Assembly (NCBI GenBank): GCA_016235455.1
Contig: JACRKZ010000148.1
Span: 1 to 37,811, forward strand
Direction of reading: 5' to 3'
From: Armatimonadota bacterium
Lineage (GTDB): Bacteria > Armatimonadota > UBA10988
Length of the DNA stretch: 37,811 bases
Positions 8,639 to 19,328 of the stretch are shown piece after piece; within the stretch, counting starts at the first letter, position 1; every line of letters begins with the position of its first letter. Both the position numbers and the translations under genes were made by a program. Under the pieces are notes generated by a model. That model saw only the letters and a program-made list of their open reading frames with translations, searched no databases and had not been told where the DNA came from.

Positions 8639-11089
8639 ATGAAGTCGGCCATCTGGGCGGTCATCCTGGTCTGGTGGGCCATGGCGGCCGGTGCCACGGA
8701 GTGGTACGTCGCGCCAGCCGGCCAGGATGCCGGCGCCGGCACACGCGCCGCGCCGTTCGCCACCATCGGGCGCGCGGCGACGGTGGCCCAACCCGGCGAC
8801 ACCGTGCGTGTGGCCGCCGGCGTCTACCGCGAAACGGTACGACCTGCGCGCGGCGGCGCGGCGGGCCGGCCGGTGCGCTACCTGGCCGACGGACAGGTGA
8901 CGGTCGACGGCTGCGACCCGCTGCGTGGCACGTGGCAGCGCGACGGGCAGCGCTGGACGCTGACCACGGATCAGCGCTTCGTGCAGCTCTTCTGTGACGA
9001 TCGCCCGATGATCGAGGCCCGCTGGCCGAATGCTCCGCTGGACGACCCGATGGCCATGCCGCGGGCGTCGGCCGGGCCCGGCACCGACTACACCGTGCTG
9101 CGCGACCCGCGGCTGCCGCCGGGCGACTGGAACGGGGCCATCGTGCTGCTCTGGCCCGGCTCGCGCTGGAGCAACTACACGCGCCGCGTGACCAACTACC
9201 AGCCCGGCAGCGGCTTCGATTTCGACCAGACGCTGGAACGCGCGACCAAGGACAAGTTCCATCAGGAGGATCCGTACCGCCCGCGAGCCGGCAACCCGTA
9301 CCTGCTCTATGGGTGTCTGGCCGCCCTGGACGCGCCGGGCGAGTGGCTGCTCGACGAGCGCGGCAAGCTGTCGTTCATGACGCCCGATGGTCGCCCGCCG
9401 AGCGCGCATGAGCTGACCGTCAAGCAGCGCTCGTTGGCGTTCGACCTCCACGGCCTCCGGTTCGTCGAGTTGACCGGGTTCCGCATCCGCGGTGCGGCCT
9501 TCGACCTGACCGACGCCGAGGACTGCCGCGTGGTCGGCTGCCACTTGCGCTGGGTCGACCAGGTGCGCGAGTACACCGGCGGCCGGGTGCCGGCGTCGGG
9601 CTGCGTGGTCACGGGTCGCAACAACGAGATCCGCCACTGCAGCTTCGGCCAGTCGCCGCTGACCATGCTGCGCATCGGCGGGCGCGACAACCGGCTGCTG
9701 GACAGCGTGCTGTTCAACCTCAACACGCTGGGCTCCGATCGCGGTGGGCTGGACCTGGGCGGGTCGGACGGCACGCTGGTCAGCCGTTGCACGCTCGGTC
9801 GCACGGGCCGCGACACCATCGTGCATCACGGCGCGCGGCACCAGCGCATCGAGTATTGCGAGCTGTGGCAGACCAACCTGCTCAACAACGACTCCGGCGC
9901 GATCTACTGCTGGAGCACCGACGGTCAGGGCGGCGTGATCGCCTACAACTGGATCCACGACAACCTGGGTGATTCCACGGTCGGCGTGTACTTGGACAAC
10001 TTCTCGCGCAACTTCGTGGTCCACCACAACCTGATCTGGAACTCGTCGGGCAGTGGCATCCGGCTCAACTCCGACGCGGTGGGCCATCTGGTCAGCAACA
10101 ACACCGTGCTGCGCTCGCGCGAGCCGTTCGGCACCTACTGCTACGCGGCCTACCGGCCGACCATGGCGGGCACGCGCATCGTCAACAACCTGGTCGACCA
10201 GCGGCTCCGCCTGAGCGACCCGGCGTGGTTCGTGCAGGGCGAGCTGGGCCCGGAGATCAGCCACAACCTGGTGGCCGCGGTCGGCGCGGACGGCGTGCCC
10301 GTGGCCGGCTCGGCGGCGCTTGGCGCGGGCCTGGCGGTGCCGGGCGTGACCGACGGCGTGACCGGCAAGGCGCCCGATGTCGGCGCCTATCAGGCCGACG
10401 GCCCGCGCTGGACGGCGGGCGCCGGCTGGCATCCGGCGGACGAGCCCCGGCAGCAGCCGTACAACCTGACCTTCGCTCCGCTGCCGCCGCTCACCGCGCG
10501 GACCATGCTGACCGACGGCCTGCAGCTCTGGCTCGACGGCGCCGACGAGGCGACGGTCAGCCGTGACGCCACCGGCCGGGTCAGCGCGTGGGCCGACAAG
10601 TCGCCGGCCCGGCGGCGCCTGACGGCCGGCCCGGGCTTCAGCTACGTCGCCGCCGGTCTGGCCGGTCAGGGCGTGGTGCGCGGCGCGGGTCAGTCGGCGC
10701 TGACCGTCGGCACGATCCGCGCGGGGCTGGGCCCGGTGGCGGCGTTCGTCGTGGCTCAGGGCCTGACCGCAGGCGGGCCGAGCTGGCAGCGGCTGTGCGG
10801 CGCGTGGGTCGGTGACGAAGCCCGCCAGGACTGGGTTGAGCCGAGCTGGCAGCTCGGCCGGCCGGGCGGGGCCACCCCGGCCGCGTTCGCGCCGCAGCTC
10901 TACACCTTCGTGCGGCCCCGCGGCTACACGCTGGACCATGTGGTGGTGTTCGGCCCGGGCACTGGCAGCGCGCAGTACCACGCTGGCGACATCGCCGAGC
11001 TGCTGCTGTATGACCGCGCCCTGTCCGCGGCAGAGGTGGATGCCGTAACGCTCTATTTGACGCACAAATGGCGCTTGGCCGAGGGGTAG
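8639..11089 (+). CDS. Secreted right-handed beta-helix protein (pectin-lyase-like fold) with C-terminal LamG/ConA-like domain
   Basis: ATG 8639 after GGAGA; signal peptide; WYVAPAGQDAGAGTRAAPFATI, PGDTVRVAAGVYRE, DSGAIY, GVYLDN and Asn-ladder strands; C-terminal LQLWLDGAD...GDIAELLLYDRALS. Confidence 0.82.
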   Translation: MKSAIWAVILVWWAMAAGATEWYVAPAGQDAGAGTRAAPFATIGRAATVAQPGDTVRVAAGVYRETVRPARGGAAGRPVRYLADGQVTVDGCDPLRGTWQRDGQRWTLTTDQRFVQLFCDDRPMIEARWPNAPLDDPMAMPRASAGPGTDYTVLRDPRLPPGDWNGAIVLLWPGSRWSNYTRRVTNYQPGSGFDFDQTLERATKDKFHQEDPYRPRAGNPYLLYGCLAALDAPGEWLLDERGKLSFMTPDGRPPSAHELTVKQRSLAFDLHGLRFVELTGFRIRGAAFDLTDAEDCRVVGCHLRWVDQVREYTGGRVPASGCVVTGRNNEIRHCSFGQSPLTMLRIGGRDNRLLDSVLFNLNTLGSDRGGLDLGGSDGTLVSRCTLGRTGRDTIVHHGARHQRIEYCELWQTNLLNNDSGAIYCWSTDGQGGVIAYNWIHDNLGDSTVGVYLDNFSRNFVVHHNLIWNSSGSGIRLNSDAVGHLVSNNTVLRSREPFGTYCYAAYRPTMAGTRIVNNLVDQRLRLSDPAWFVQGELGPEISHNLVAAVGADGVPVAGSAALGAGLAVPGVTDGVTGKAPDVGAYQADGPRWTAGAGWHPADEPRQQPYNLTFAPLPPLTARTMLTDGLQLWLDGADEATVSRDATGRVSAWADKSPARRRLTAGPGFSYVAAGLAGQGVVRGAGQSALTVGTIRAGLGPVAAFVVAQGLTAGGPSWQRLCGAWVGDEARQDWVEPSWQLGRPGGATPAAFAPQLYTFVRPRGYTLDHVVVFGPGTGSAQYHAGDIAELLLYDRALSAAEVDAVTLYLTHKWRLAEG

Positions 11090-11201
11090 GGCGCCGGGAA
11101 CCACCGATCCACTTGCCTCCTCCGCGCACGTTCCTGCCGAAATCGGCCGAGCGATTCCAGCCCGCTCGCGTCGTGCTAGGATAGTCATCAGTGAGCGAAC
11201 C

Positions 11202-13562
11202 ATGAACCGAATCGCATGTGCACTGACCCTTCTTCTCGTCTCGCTGGCGCCAGTGACCGCGCAGACCGTGCTGGTCGAGGCCGAGCAGTTCGCCGACCTC
11301 GGCGGCTGGGACCTGGACCAGCAGTGCATGGACCAGATGGGCTCGCCCTATCTGCTGGCCCATGGCCTCGGCGTGCCGGTCAAGGACGCAGTTACCACGG
11401 TCACACTGCCCAAGGCGGGCACCTACCATGTCTGGGCACGCACTCGTGACTGGGTAGCGCCGTGGCAGGCCAAGGGCGCCCCGGGGCGGTTCCAGTTGCT
11501 GGTCGATGGCCAGGCGCTGGCCACCACGTTCGGCACCGAGGGCGCCGAATGGCACTGGCAGGACGGCGGCACGGTCAAGCTCGGCGCCCAGGCCAAGCTC
11601 GCGCTGCACGACCTGACCGGCTTCGAGGGCCGCTGCGATGCGCTGGTGCTGTCCGCCGACAAGGGCTTTGTGCCGCCGGCGGGCAAGGACGCGCTGGCCG
11701 CATGGCGCCGCACGGCGTTGGGTCTGCCCGAGCAGCCCGAGCAGGGCGGCACGTTCGACCTGGTGGTGGTCGGCGGCGGCATCGCCGGCACGTCGGCGGC
11801 GGTGTCGGCGGCGCGCCAGGGCATTCGTGTCGCGCTCATCCAGGACCGGCCCGTGCTGGGCGGCAATGGCAGCTCCGAGGTGCGCGTCTGGCCCGAAGGC
11901 CGTACACGCCAGCGCCCCTGGCGGCATGTGGGCGACATCGTCGAGGAGCTGACACCCGCTAAGACGCCCGGCGACGCCAACGCCGGCCGCGGCGCCATCT
12001 TCGCCGACCAGCGCAAGCTCGACATCGTGGCCAAGGAGCCGCGCATCACGCTCCTGCTTGAGCAGCGGGTCAATGGCGTGGAGGTGCGCGACGGCCGCAT
12101 CACCGCCGTCATCGCCCAGAACGTGCGCTCCGCCAAGCGCCTGCGCATCGCTGGGCGGCTGTTCGCCGACTGCACCGGCGACGGCACGGTGGGCTATCTG
12201 GCCGGCGCGGACTACGAGGTGTCCAAGGAAGGCGTCATGGGTTCGAGCAACCTGTGGAACGTCCTGGACCAGGCCGACCCCGCGCAGGTCCTGCGGTGTG
12301 AGTGCAAGGACAAGGACGCGCTGTCCATCGCTGTGCAGCAGGGCCAGAAGGAAGCGCCGTTCCCCCGCTGTCCGTGGGCGCTGGACCTGCATGACAAGTC
12401 CTTCCCCGGCCGCAAGCAGAGCGCCGGCCAATGGTCCGGCACCGGGCTGGGCAACCTGGGCGGCTGGTTCTGGGAGAGTGGGTTCGACAAGGACCAGGTG
12501 GCCGATATCGAGCTGATCCGCGACAACAACTTCCGCGCCATGTATGGCGCCTGGGACACGCTCAAGAACGTGGACAAGCTCTACCCGAACCATCGGCTGG
12601 GCTGGGCGGCCTACATCGCCGGCAAGCGCGAGTCGCGGCGGCTGCTGGGCGATGTCATCCTTACCGGCGGTGACTTCCGCGACGGCAAGGTCTACCCCGA
12701 CGCCTGCTTCCCGTGCTCGTGGCACATCGATGTCCATTCGCCCGACCCCCGCTACACCGCGGGCAACAAGGGGCAGGAGTTCATCTCGCTGGCCACGCAA
12801 GGCAAGGACTACACCTACAACGGCATCTATTGGGCGCCCTACCGCTCGCTCTACAGCCGCAACATCGCCAACCTGTTCATGGCCGGGCGCGATATCAGCG
12901 CCACGCGCGAAGCGCTGGGCGCCACGCGGGTCATGCGCACCACGGGCATGATGGGCGAGATCGTGGGCAAGGCGGCCTACCTCTGCGTCCGCCACGACGT
13001 GCTGCCGCGCGGCGTCTATGAGACGCGGCTCGACGGGCTCAAGGAGCTAATGGCTCAGCCCGGTCCCATGCGCCGCGAGACGCTCGACGGCCCGCTGGCC
13101 CTGCCGCCGGGAGCGACGATCAGCAACTTCGTCGGCGCGGGCCTCGACCCCAAGAGCCTGCCCGGCATCGTGGTTGATGACGAGCAGGCCGACCTGACCT
13201 CGGGCTGGAGCGACACCGGCACGCTGACCGGCTTCGTCGGCAGCGGCTACTACTACGCGAGCGACGAGAAGGCGACCGCGCGCTTCCCCTTCCAGGTCAA
13301 GGAGAGCGGCACCTACGAGGTGCGCCTGGCCTGGCAGCCGCATGTCAACCGCGCCAAGGCGCTGCCAGTGACCATCCTCACCGCCGACGGCGAGAAGGTG
13401 GTCAAGGTCGATCAGACCAAGCCGCCCACGGGCGACAAGGGCTTTGGCGTGCTGGGCCAGTACCGCTTCGAGGCGGGCCGGCCGGCGTGGGTGCTGCTGA
13501 CGTGCGCCGGCGCCCAAGGCGCGGTACACTGTGATGCGATCCAGGTGGTGAAGGTGCCATGA
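11202..13562 (+). CDS. Secreted FAD-dependent oxidoreductase with C-terminal xanthan-lyase/golvesin-like beta-sandwich domain
   Basis: Signal peptide; DLVVVGGGIAG; QDRPVLGGNGSSE; DCTGDG; KRESRRLLGD; PYRSLYSRNIANLFMAGR; C-terminal GIVVDDEQA...GTYEVRL. Confidence 0.88.
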   Translation: MNRIACALTLLLVSLAPVTAQTVLVEAEQFADLGGWDLDQQCMDQMGSPYLLAHGLGVPVKDAVTTVTLPKAGTYHVWARTRDWVAPWQAKGAPGRFQLLVDGQALATTFGTEGAEWHWQDGGTVKLGAQAKLALHDLTGFEGRCDALVLSADKGFVPPAGKDALAAWRRTALGLPEQPEQGGTFDLVVVGGGIAGTSAAVSAARQGIRVALIQDRPVLGGNGSSEVRVWPEGRTRQRPWRHVGDIVEELTPAKTPGDANAGRGAIFADQRKLDIVAKEPRITLLLEQRVNGVEVRDGRITAVIAQNVRSAKRLRIAGRLFADCTGDGTVGYLAGADYEVSKEGVMGSSNLWNVLDQADPAQVLRCECKDKDALSIAVQQGQKEAPFPRCPWALDLHDKSFPGRKQSAGQWSGTGLGNLGGWFWESGFDKDQVADIELIRDNNFRAMYGAWDTLKNVDKLYPNHRLGWAAYIAGKRESRRLLGDVILTGGDFRDGKVYPDACFPCSWHIDVHSPDPRYTAGNKGQEFISLATQGKDYTYNGIYWAPYRSLYSRNIANLFMAGRDISATREALGATRVMRTTGMMGEIVGKAAYLCVRHDVLPRGVYETRLDGLKELMAQPGPMRRETLDGPLALPPGATISNFVGAGLDPKSLPGIVVDDEQADLTSGWSDTGTLTGFVGSGYYYASDEKATARFPFQVKESGTYEVRLAWQPHVNRAKALPVTILTADGEKVVKVDQTKPPTGDKGFGVLGQYRFEAGRPAWVLLTCAGAQGAVHCDAIQVVKVP

Positions 13563-15217
13563 CCCGACTGATTCGCGCTGGACTGTTGCTGCTGGCCGTG
13601 CTCACGGCCGGGCCGACGCTGGCGCGGGTCAAGCTGGTGGAGCTGGGCTGGGACATCCCCAGCACCGCCTTCCTGCGCGCTCACTGGCAGCGCATGGAAC
13701 GCGAGGCGCCGTTCGACGGCGTGGTGTTCAGCGCCGAGGCCAAGGACGACCAGGGCCGACCGATCAGCAGCGAGGCCGCCTGGGGACCCGAACGCTGGCA
13801 GCGAGCCTGGTTCGACGCCGCGCTGGCCGACCTCAAGTCCTGCCGCTTCACACGCTTCACTGACAACTTCGTGCGGCTCAACGCCTCGCCCAAGGCCGTG
13901 TCCTGGGACGACGACGCGGGCTGGACGGCCATGGCCGAGAAGGCGGCGATCCTGGCCTGGCTGGCCCGCGGTGGCGGCGCCAAGGGCATCGCCTTCGACG
14001 TCGAGCCGTATGGCTCCAACCAGTGGCAGTGGGATTCAGCCGCGAAGACCTCGTTCGCCGAAACCAGCGCGACCGCGCGGCGGCGTGGCGCTCAGCTCGG
14101 TCGAGCGATCGCCGCCGAGATGCCCAACGCCGTGGTGATGACACTGTTCGCCAACAGCGTGCTGAGCCATGTCGGCCGCTCGGCCGATCCGCAGGCACTG
14201 CTGGCCAAGGAAGGGTACGGTCTGCTGCCCGCCTTCTTCGACGGCCTGTTGTCCGCCGCGCCGCCGGAGATGGCCCTGGTCGACGGGTGCGAGAACGGCT
14301 ACTACCTGGACAGCGCCGAAGCCTATCAGCGCGCCGCGCTGGAGATGAAGGGCTGGCAGGGGCCGTCGCTGGCTCTCGTCTCGCCGGCCAACCGCGCCCG
14401 CTACCGCCAGCAGGTGCAGGCCGGATTCGGCTTCTACCTGGACATGTTCATCAACCCCGAGGGCCACACCTACTACCGCGGCCCGCTGGACGGCTCGCGG
14501 CTCCGGCGGCTGACCCGCAACCTCACCGCCGCGCGCGACGCCGCCGACGAGTATGTCTGGGTCTATGGCGAGCAATGCCGCTGGTGGAGCGATCTGGCGC
14601 CATGGCGCGAGGCGGATCTGGCCAAGACCGCTGGCCGTGGCAAGCACTGGGAAGAGGCGCTGCCGGGCATCACGCGGGCCATCGACCGCATCCGCGATCT
14701 GGAGGGCTCGGCGCTGGCCGAGCTGGCGACGAGCAAGCCGCCCAACCTGCTGGCCAACCCCGACCTGGCCCAAGGCCCCGCCGCCGACCAGACGCTGCCG
14801 ACCGGCTGGTCGGCCTGGCAGTATGAGAAGGAGCCGACCGGCACCTTCGCCTGGGACAAGACCGTCGGCGACGGCTCGGCGCGCGCGACCAAGGTCACCT
14901 GGGGCTGCTTCCTGCAGGGTGTCGAGGCTCAGCCTGGCGCGGTCTACCTGGTGGAGGCGCGCTGTCGCCGGCAGGGCAGCGGCAGTCCGGCGCTGACCGT
15001 CCGCTGGCAGACCGCCGAGCACCGCTGGACCCGCGAGCCCGACGACCGCACCTTCGCCTTCGGCGCCGCGGTCGATGGCTGGCAGTTTGCGCGCGGCGTG
15101 GTTACCGCGCCCGACGGCATCGGCCGGCTGGTGGTCCTGCTCGACATCCGCGGCCAGCGCGACGACCAGAGCCAGGTCTGGTTCGACGCCGTCCGGCTGC
15201 ATCGCCTGGCCGACTGA
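13559..15217 (+). CDS. Secreted hypothetical protein, possibly a glycoside-hydrolase-like barrel with a C-terminal CBM-like domain
   Basis: ATGA overlap with the upstream stop; signal peptide; GIAFDVEPY; C-terminal NLLANPD...QVWFDAVRL resembles a CBM4/9-type jelly roll. Function uncertain. Confidence 0.65.
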   Translation: MTRLIRAGLLLLAVLTAGPTLARVKLVELGWDIPSTAFLRAHWQRMEREAPFDGVVFSAEAKDDQGRPISSEAAWGPERWQRAWFDAALADLKSCRFTRFTDNFVRLNASPKAVSWDDDAGWTAMAEKAAILAWLARGGGAKGIAFDVEPYGSNQWQWDSAAKTSFAETSATARRRGAQLGRAIAAEMPNAVVMTLFANSVLSHVGRSADPQALLAKEGYGLLPAFFDGLLSAAPPEMALVDGCENGYYLDSAEAYQRAALEMKGWQGPSLALVSPANRARYRQQVQAGFGFYLDMFINPEGHTYYRGPLDGSRLRRLTRNLTAARDAADEYVWVYGEQCRWWSDLAPWREADLAKTAGRGKHWEEALPGITRAIDRIRDLEGSALAELATSKPPNLLANPDLAQGPAADQTLPTGWSAWQYEKEPTGTFAWDKTVGDGSARATKVTWGCFLQGVEAQPGAVYLVEARCRRQGSGSPALTVRWQTAEHRWTREPDDRTFAFGAAVDGWQFARGVVTAPDGIGRLVVLLDIRGQRDDQSQVWFDAVRLHRLAD

Positions 15218-15419
15218 ACACTCCCGTGGTGTCCCCGCCACGGCGTCGGTCGGAGCCCGCCTTCGCCGGCCAAACGCCGATCCTGCGATGGTCGTGCCGA
15301 TAGAGCGCCTTGGTGACGGCCGCCGTGCGGGTCACCCAACCTCACACTCCGCCACGCGCCGCACAGCGCCGGGGAGGCCCCGGCGCATCCACGGCGAAAG
15401 GGCCAGCGGAGAGCCTGTC

Positions 15420-18056
15420 GTGAGTTACCAGAGTGCCCTGGTGGCCGCCTGCGCGGTCCTGTCGGCCGGCGGCGTCGGAGCTGCCGATTTCACTGTCTCG
15501 CCCGGCGGGCGCGACACCAACCCCGGCACGGCCGCCGCGCCGTTCGCCACGTTGACCCGCGCGCGGGACGCCGTGCGAGCGCGCATTCTGGGCGGCAAGC
15601 TGCCCGCCGGCGGGCTGACGGTCGAGTTGCGCGCGGGCAACTATGAGCTAGCCGAGCCGTTGGCGCTCGACGCGCGCGACTCGGGCAGCGAGGGCCGGCC
15701 GGTGGTGTGGCGGTCCGCGCCGGGCGCCAAGGTGCGCGTCATCGGCGGGCGCCTCGTGGGCGGCTGGACCAAGGTGACCGACGCGGCAGTGCTCGGCCGG
15801 CTCGACCCGGCCGCGCGCGGGCAGGTCATGCAGGCCGACCTGCGCGCGCAGGGCATCACCCGCTTTGGCGAGATGAAGAGCGCGCGCGGCTGGGGCTCGT
15901 CGGAGGCTGGGCTGGAGCTGTTCTTCAACGACCAGCCGACGACGCTGGCGCGCTGGCCCAACGAGGGCTTCACGACGATCCGCGATCTGCCCGTGATGGA
16001 CTTCGATGTGCGCGGCACCAAGGGCAGCCGCCAGCCGATCTTCAACTACGAAGGCGACCGTCCGTCGCGCTGGGCCGCGGAGCCCGAGCCGATGGTGCAC
16101 GGCTACTGGTTCTGGGACTGGGCCGACCAGCGCTATCGCGTCAAGTCGGTCGACCCGGCCAAGGGCCTGATCACCCTCGACGCGGCCGGCGGTGAGTTCC
16201 GCAAGGGGCAGTGGTATTACGCCTACAACCTGCTCTGCGAGCTGGACCAGCCCGGAGAATGGTACCTGGACCGCGCCTCGGGCATCCTCTACTTCTGGCC
16301 GCCGAGCCCCATCGACCGGGGCCAGGCGATGGTCTCGCTGCTGCCCAACCTGGTGACCATGACCGGCGCGGCCGACATCGAGCTGCGCGGCTTGACGCTC
16401 GAAGGCTGCCAAGGCACGGCGGTAAGCATCGATGGTGGCGCGAACTGCCGCGTGGCGAGCTGTGTCGTGCGCAACACGGGCAGCTACGCGGTGCGTGTCG
16501 AGGGCGGCCGGAACCACGGCGTCGTCGGCTGCGACATGTACCAGATGGGCGACGGCGGCATCGTGCTGCACGGCGGCGACAAGAAGACGCTGACGCACGC
16601 CGAGCACTATGCCGAGAACAACCATATCCACCACTTCAGCCGCTGGAATCCGATGTACAAGGTTGGCATCGAGCTGTTCGGCGTGGGTATGCGTGCCAGC
16701 CACAACCTGGTGCATCATGCACCGCATGTGGGCATCAGCTTCTGCGGCCAGGAGAACACGGTCGAGTACAACGAGGTCCACAACGTCGTGCAGCAGGCCA
16801 ACGACGCGGGGGCCATCTACAGCCAGCCGGGCATCGACGAAGACTGGACCATGCGCGGCAACGTGGTGCGCTACAACTTCGTGCACCATGTCTACGGCTA
16901 TCGCGGCCATGGCTGTTGCGGCGTCTACCTGGATGACATGTTCTCCTCGATGCACTGCTACGGCAATGTGTTCTACCAAGTGCCCCAGGCCGTGTTCATC
17001 GGCGGCGGGCGCGACAACATCACCGAGAACAATCTGTTTGTCGAGTGCAATCCCGCAGTCCACGTCGACGCGCGCGGGCTGGGCTGGGCGGCTGGTGGTG
17101 AGGCCCTGCTGCGCCAGCGGATGACCGAAATCCCCTATGACAAGCCGCCTTGGAGCACGCGCTACCCGCAGTTGCTGACGGTACTGACCGATGAGCCCAT
17201 GGCGCCCAAGGGCAACGCCTTCCGCCGCAACATCAACGTCGGCGGCAAGTGGGACGACATCGAGGGCAAGGCCCGGCCGATGGTGCTGTTCGAGGACAAC
17301 CAGACCGACCAGGCGCCACTGATCGTCGACGTCAAGGGCCTCAACTTCCGCCTCAAGCCCGGCTCGCCGGCGCCCAAGGGCTGGCAGACTATTCCGTTCG
17401 GCGAGATAGGCCTGGTCAAGAACGCGGACCGCGCCAGTTGGCCGGTGGCGCATGCGGTCGAGGGCGCGCCAGCCGGCGCGACGGTCAACGAACGCCTCGC
17501 CCTGCGTTACCCGACGCCGGTCGCCGTGCCGACCACCGGCGTGGCCCTGACGCTCAAGGAGACACCCGAACGCGCCGCCATCAGCGGCCCGCCGTGCACC
17601 GCGCAACTGTCGCACGACGGCGCCAACCTGCTGGTCACGGTGACCGTGCCCATCCGGGACCCGGCCAAGCTCGTGCGCACCGACGTGTGGGGCTCGTCGG
17701 ACGGCGTGGAGGTGGCCTTCCGCGATGCCACGGACGCCAAGAAGCCCGGCGTGACCTGGGTGCTCCAGGGCCACGCCACCGGTACCCACCGCGGCAGCGC
17801 CGACGCCGGCGCGACCCCAGCCGCCGCGACCAAGCTCGACGCCGCGGGCACCTTCAAAGCCGTCGTCGGCGCCGACCGCTGGACGGCGACATGGTCGATC
17901 CCGTTGGCCGCCGCTGGCCTCAAGCCCGGCACCGGCCTGAAGCTGGGCTTCAACATCGGCGTCCGCCGCAGCGAAACCGACGAGTGGATCGCCTGGGCTG
18001 GCGCCAACGGGCCGAACTGGCAGCTTGATGGCACAGGAGTGATCGTGCTGCGCTGA
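15420..18056 (+). CDS. Secreted right-handed beta-helix protein (GH141-like N-terminus) with C-terminal CBM9-like domain
   Basis: GTG 15420 after GGAGAG; signal peptide; FTVSPGGRDTNPGTAAAPFATL, LARWPN, ELDQPGEWYLD, DAGAIY, GVYLDD; C-terminal DGVEV...WTATWSIPLAA...LGFNIG. Confidence 0.82.
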   Translation: MSYQSALVAACAVLSAGGVGAADFTVSPGGRDTNPGTAAAPFATLTRARDAVRARILGGKLPAGGLTVELRAGNYELAEPLALDARDSGSEGRPVVWRSAPGAKVRVIGGRLVGGWTKVTDAAVLGRLDPAARGQVMQADLRAQGITRFGEMKSARGWGSSEAGLELFFNDQPTTLARWPNEGFTTIRDLPVMDFDVRGTKGSRQPIFNYEGDRPSRWAAEPEPMVHGYWFWDWADQRYRVKSVDPAKGLITLDAAGGEFRKGQWYYAYNLLCELDQPGEWYLDRASGILYFWPPSPIDRGQAMVSLLPNLVTMTGAADIELRGLTLEGCQGTAVSIDGGANCRVASCVVRNTGSYAVRVEGGRNHGVVGCDMYQMGDGGIVLHGGDKKTLTHAEHYAENNHIHHFSRWNPMYKVGIELFGVGMRASHNLVHHAPHVGISFCGQENTVEYNEVHNVVQQANDAGAIYSQPGIDEDWTMRGNVVRYNFVHHVYGYRGHGCCGVYLDDMFSSMHCYGNVFYQVPQAVFIGGGRDNITENNLFVECNPAVHVDARGLGWAAGGEALLRQRMTEIPYDKPPWSTRYPQLLTVLTDEPMAPKGNAFRRNINVGGKWDDIEGKARPMVLFEDNQTDQAPLIVDVKGLNFRLKPGSPAPKGWQTIPFGEIGLVKNADRASWPVAHAVEGAPAGATVNERLALRYPTPVAVPTTGVALTLKETPERAAISGPPCTAQLSHDGANLLVTVTVPIRDPAKLVRTDVWGSSDGVEVAFRDATDAKKPGVTWVLQGHATGTHRGSADAGATPAAATKLDAAGTFKAVVGADRWTATWSIPLAAAGLKPGTGLKLGFNIGVRRSETDEWIAWAGANGPNWQLDGTGVIVLR

Positions 18057-18077
18057 TCGTTGGCCCTGGAATGCTAA

Positions 18078-18141
18078 TCCACAGATTGCACAGATTGTCA
18101 GGGCGCAGAACGGTACCCAGCCAATCTGTGTGATCTGTGGA
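18078..18141. repeat. Long inverted repeat built from CACAGAT units (REP-like palindrome)
   Basis: TCCACAGATTGCACAGATTG (18078-18097) pairs with CAATCTGTGTGATCTGTGGA (18122-18141): 18 of 20 Watson-Crick plus 2 G-U, with a 24-nt loop. Confidence 0.85.
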
Positions 18142-18154
18142 GTAGGCAGCAGGA

Positions 18155-19225
18155 ATGGACGTGGCAATGACCTCGCACGAACGCTTTCGACGCATGTATG
18201 AGCATCGCGACGCGGATCGCGTGCCGATCATCGACAGCCCCTGGGGCGCCACGTTCGAGCGCTGGCACGCCGAGGGCTTGCCCACGGGTGTCCCCTGGAC
18301 CGAGTACTTCGGCATCGACAGCATCGCCAGCATCTGGACCGACAACAGCCCGCGCTACCCAACGCGGGTCATCGAGCAGACCGACGAATACACCATCTCC
18401 ACCACGGCCTGGGGTGTGACGCTCAAGCAGTGGCGGCACATCGCCTCGACGCCCGAGTTCATCGACTTCACCATCAAGGGGCCGGACACCTGGCGCGAGG
18501 CCAAGGCGCGCATGACGCCCAGCGAGGACCGCATCGACTGGGCCGGGCTGGCGCGCCAGTACCCCAAGTGGCGCGAGCAGGGCCAGTGGATCAGCGGGCA
18601 CCTGTGGTTCGGGTTCGACATCACGCACTCCTGGACCGTGGGCACCGAACGGCTGCTGATGGCGCTGGTCGAGGATCCCGAGTGGTGCGTCGATATGTTC
18701 AACCACCAGCTCGACGTCGGGCTGGCGCTGCTGGAGCAGGCCTGGGACCGCGGGTATACCGTCGACGAGATCCACTGGCCGGACGACATGGGCTACAAGC
18801 TCAACCAGTTCTTTTCGCTGCGCACCTATCGCGAACTGCTCAAGCCCCTGCACAGGCGCGCCGCCGACTGGGCGCACGCGCGGGGCGTGAAGGTGCGGCT
18901 GCACTCCTGCGGAGACATCCGCCCGTTCGTGCCCGAACTGGTCGAGATCGGCATCGACGCGCTCAACCCGATCGAGGTCAAGGCCGGCATGGACCCGCTG
19001 GCGCTCAAGGCCGAGTGGGGCGACCGGCTGGTGCTGCACGGCGGCATCAACGCGGTGCTGTGGGACGACATGGAGGCCATCGAGGCCGAGATGCGGCGGG
19101 TGATGCCGGCGCTCAAGGCGAGCGGCGGCTTCATCTTCTCGTCCGACCATTCGGTGCCGTCGAGCGTCAGCCTGGCGGGCTTCAGGCACATTGTGGCGCT
19201 GGCCAAGGAGCTGGGCGCGTACTGA
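18155..19225 (+). CDS. Uroporphyrinogen decarboxylase (URO-D/MtaA-CmuA) family protein
   Basis: MTSHERF...DRVP, DDMGYK, LHSCG, GIDALNPIE, LHGGI, GGFIFSSDHSVP. The start may be 18167. Confidence 0.88.
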   Translation: MDVAMTSHERFRRMYEHRDADRVPIIDSPWGATFERWHAEGLPTGVPWTEYFGIDSIASIWTDNSPRYPTRVIEQTDEYTISTTAWGVTLKQWRHIASTPEFIDFTIKGPDTWREAKARMTPSEDRIDWAGLARQYPKWREQGQWISGHLWFGFDITHSWTVGTERLLMALVEDPEWCVDMFNHQLDVGLALLEQAWDRGYTVDEIHWPDDMGYKLNQFFSLRTYRELLKPLHRRAADWAHARGVKVRLHSCGDIRPFVPELVEIGIDALNPIEVKAGMDPLALKAEWGDRLVLHGGINAVLWDDMEAIEAEMRRVMPALKASGGFIFSSDHSVPSSVSLAGFRHIVALAKELGAY

Positions 19226-19328
19226 GCGCACAGAAGGGCTCCTGGCCGGGTGCGTACGCGCGGCGTCCGCCTGCGGCAGGACCCTCGTCGCCCATGCCGA
19301 ACCACACCACCCGATGAGGAGAGTCGTC

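Noticed and set aside
8483-18167. Long minus-strand ORFs (8483-11329, 10638-12995, 14036-15241, 15648-18167)
   Set aside because: Antisense shadows of well-supported plus-strand genes; expected at high GC; no recognisable motifs.
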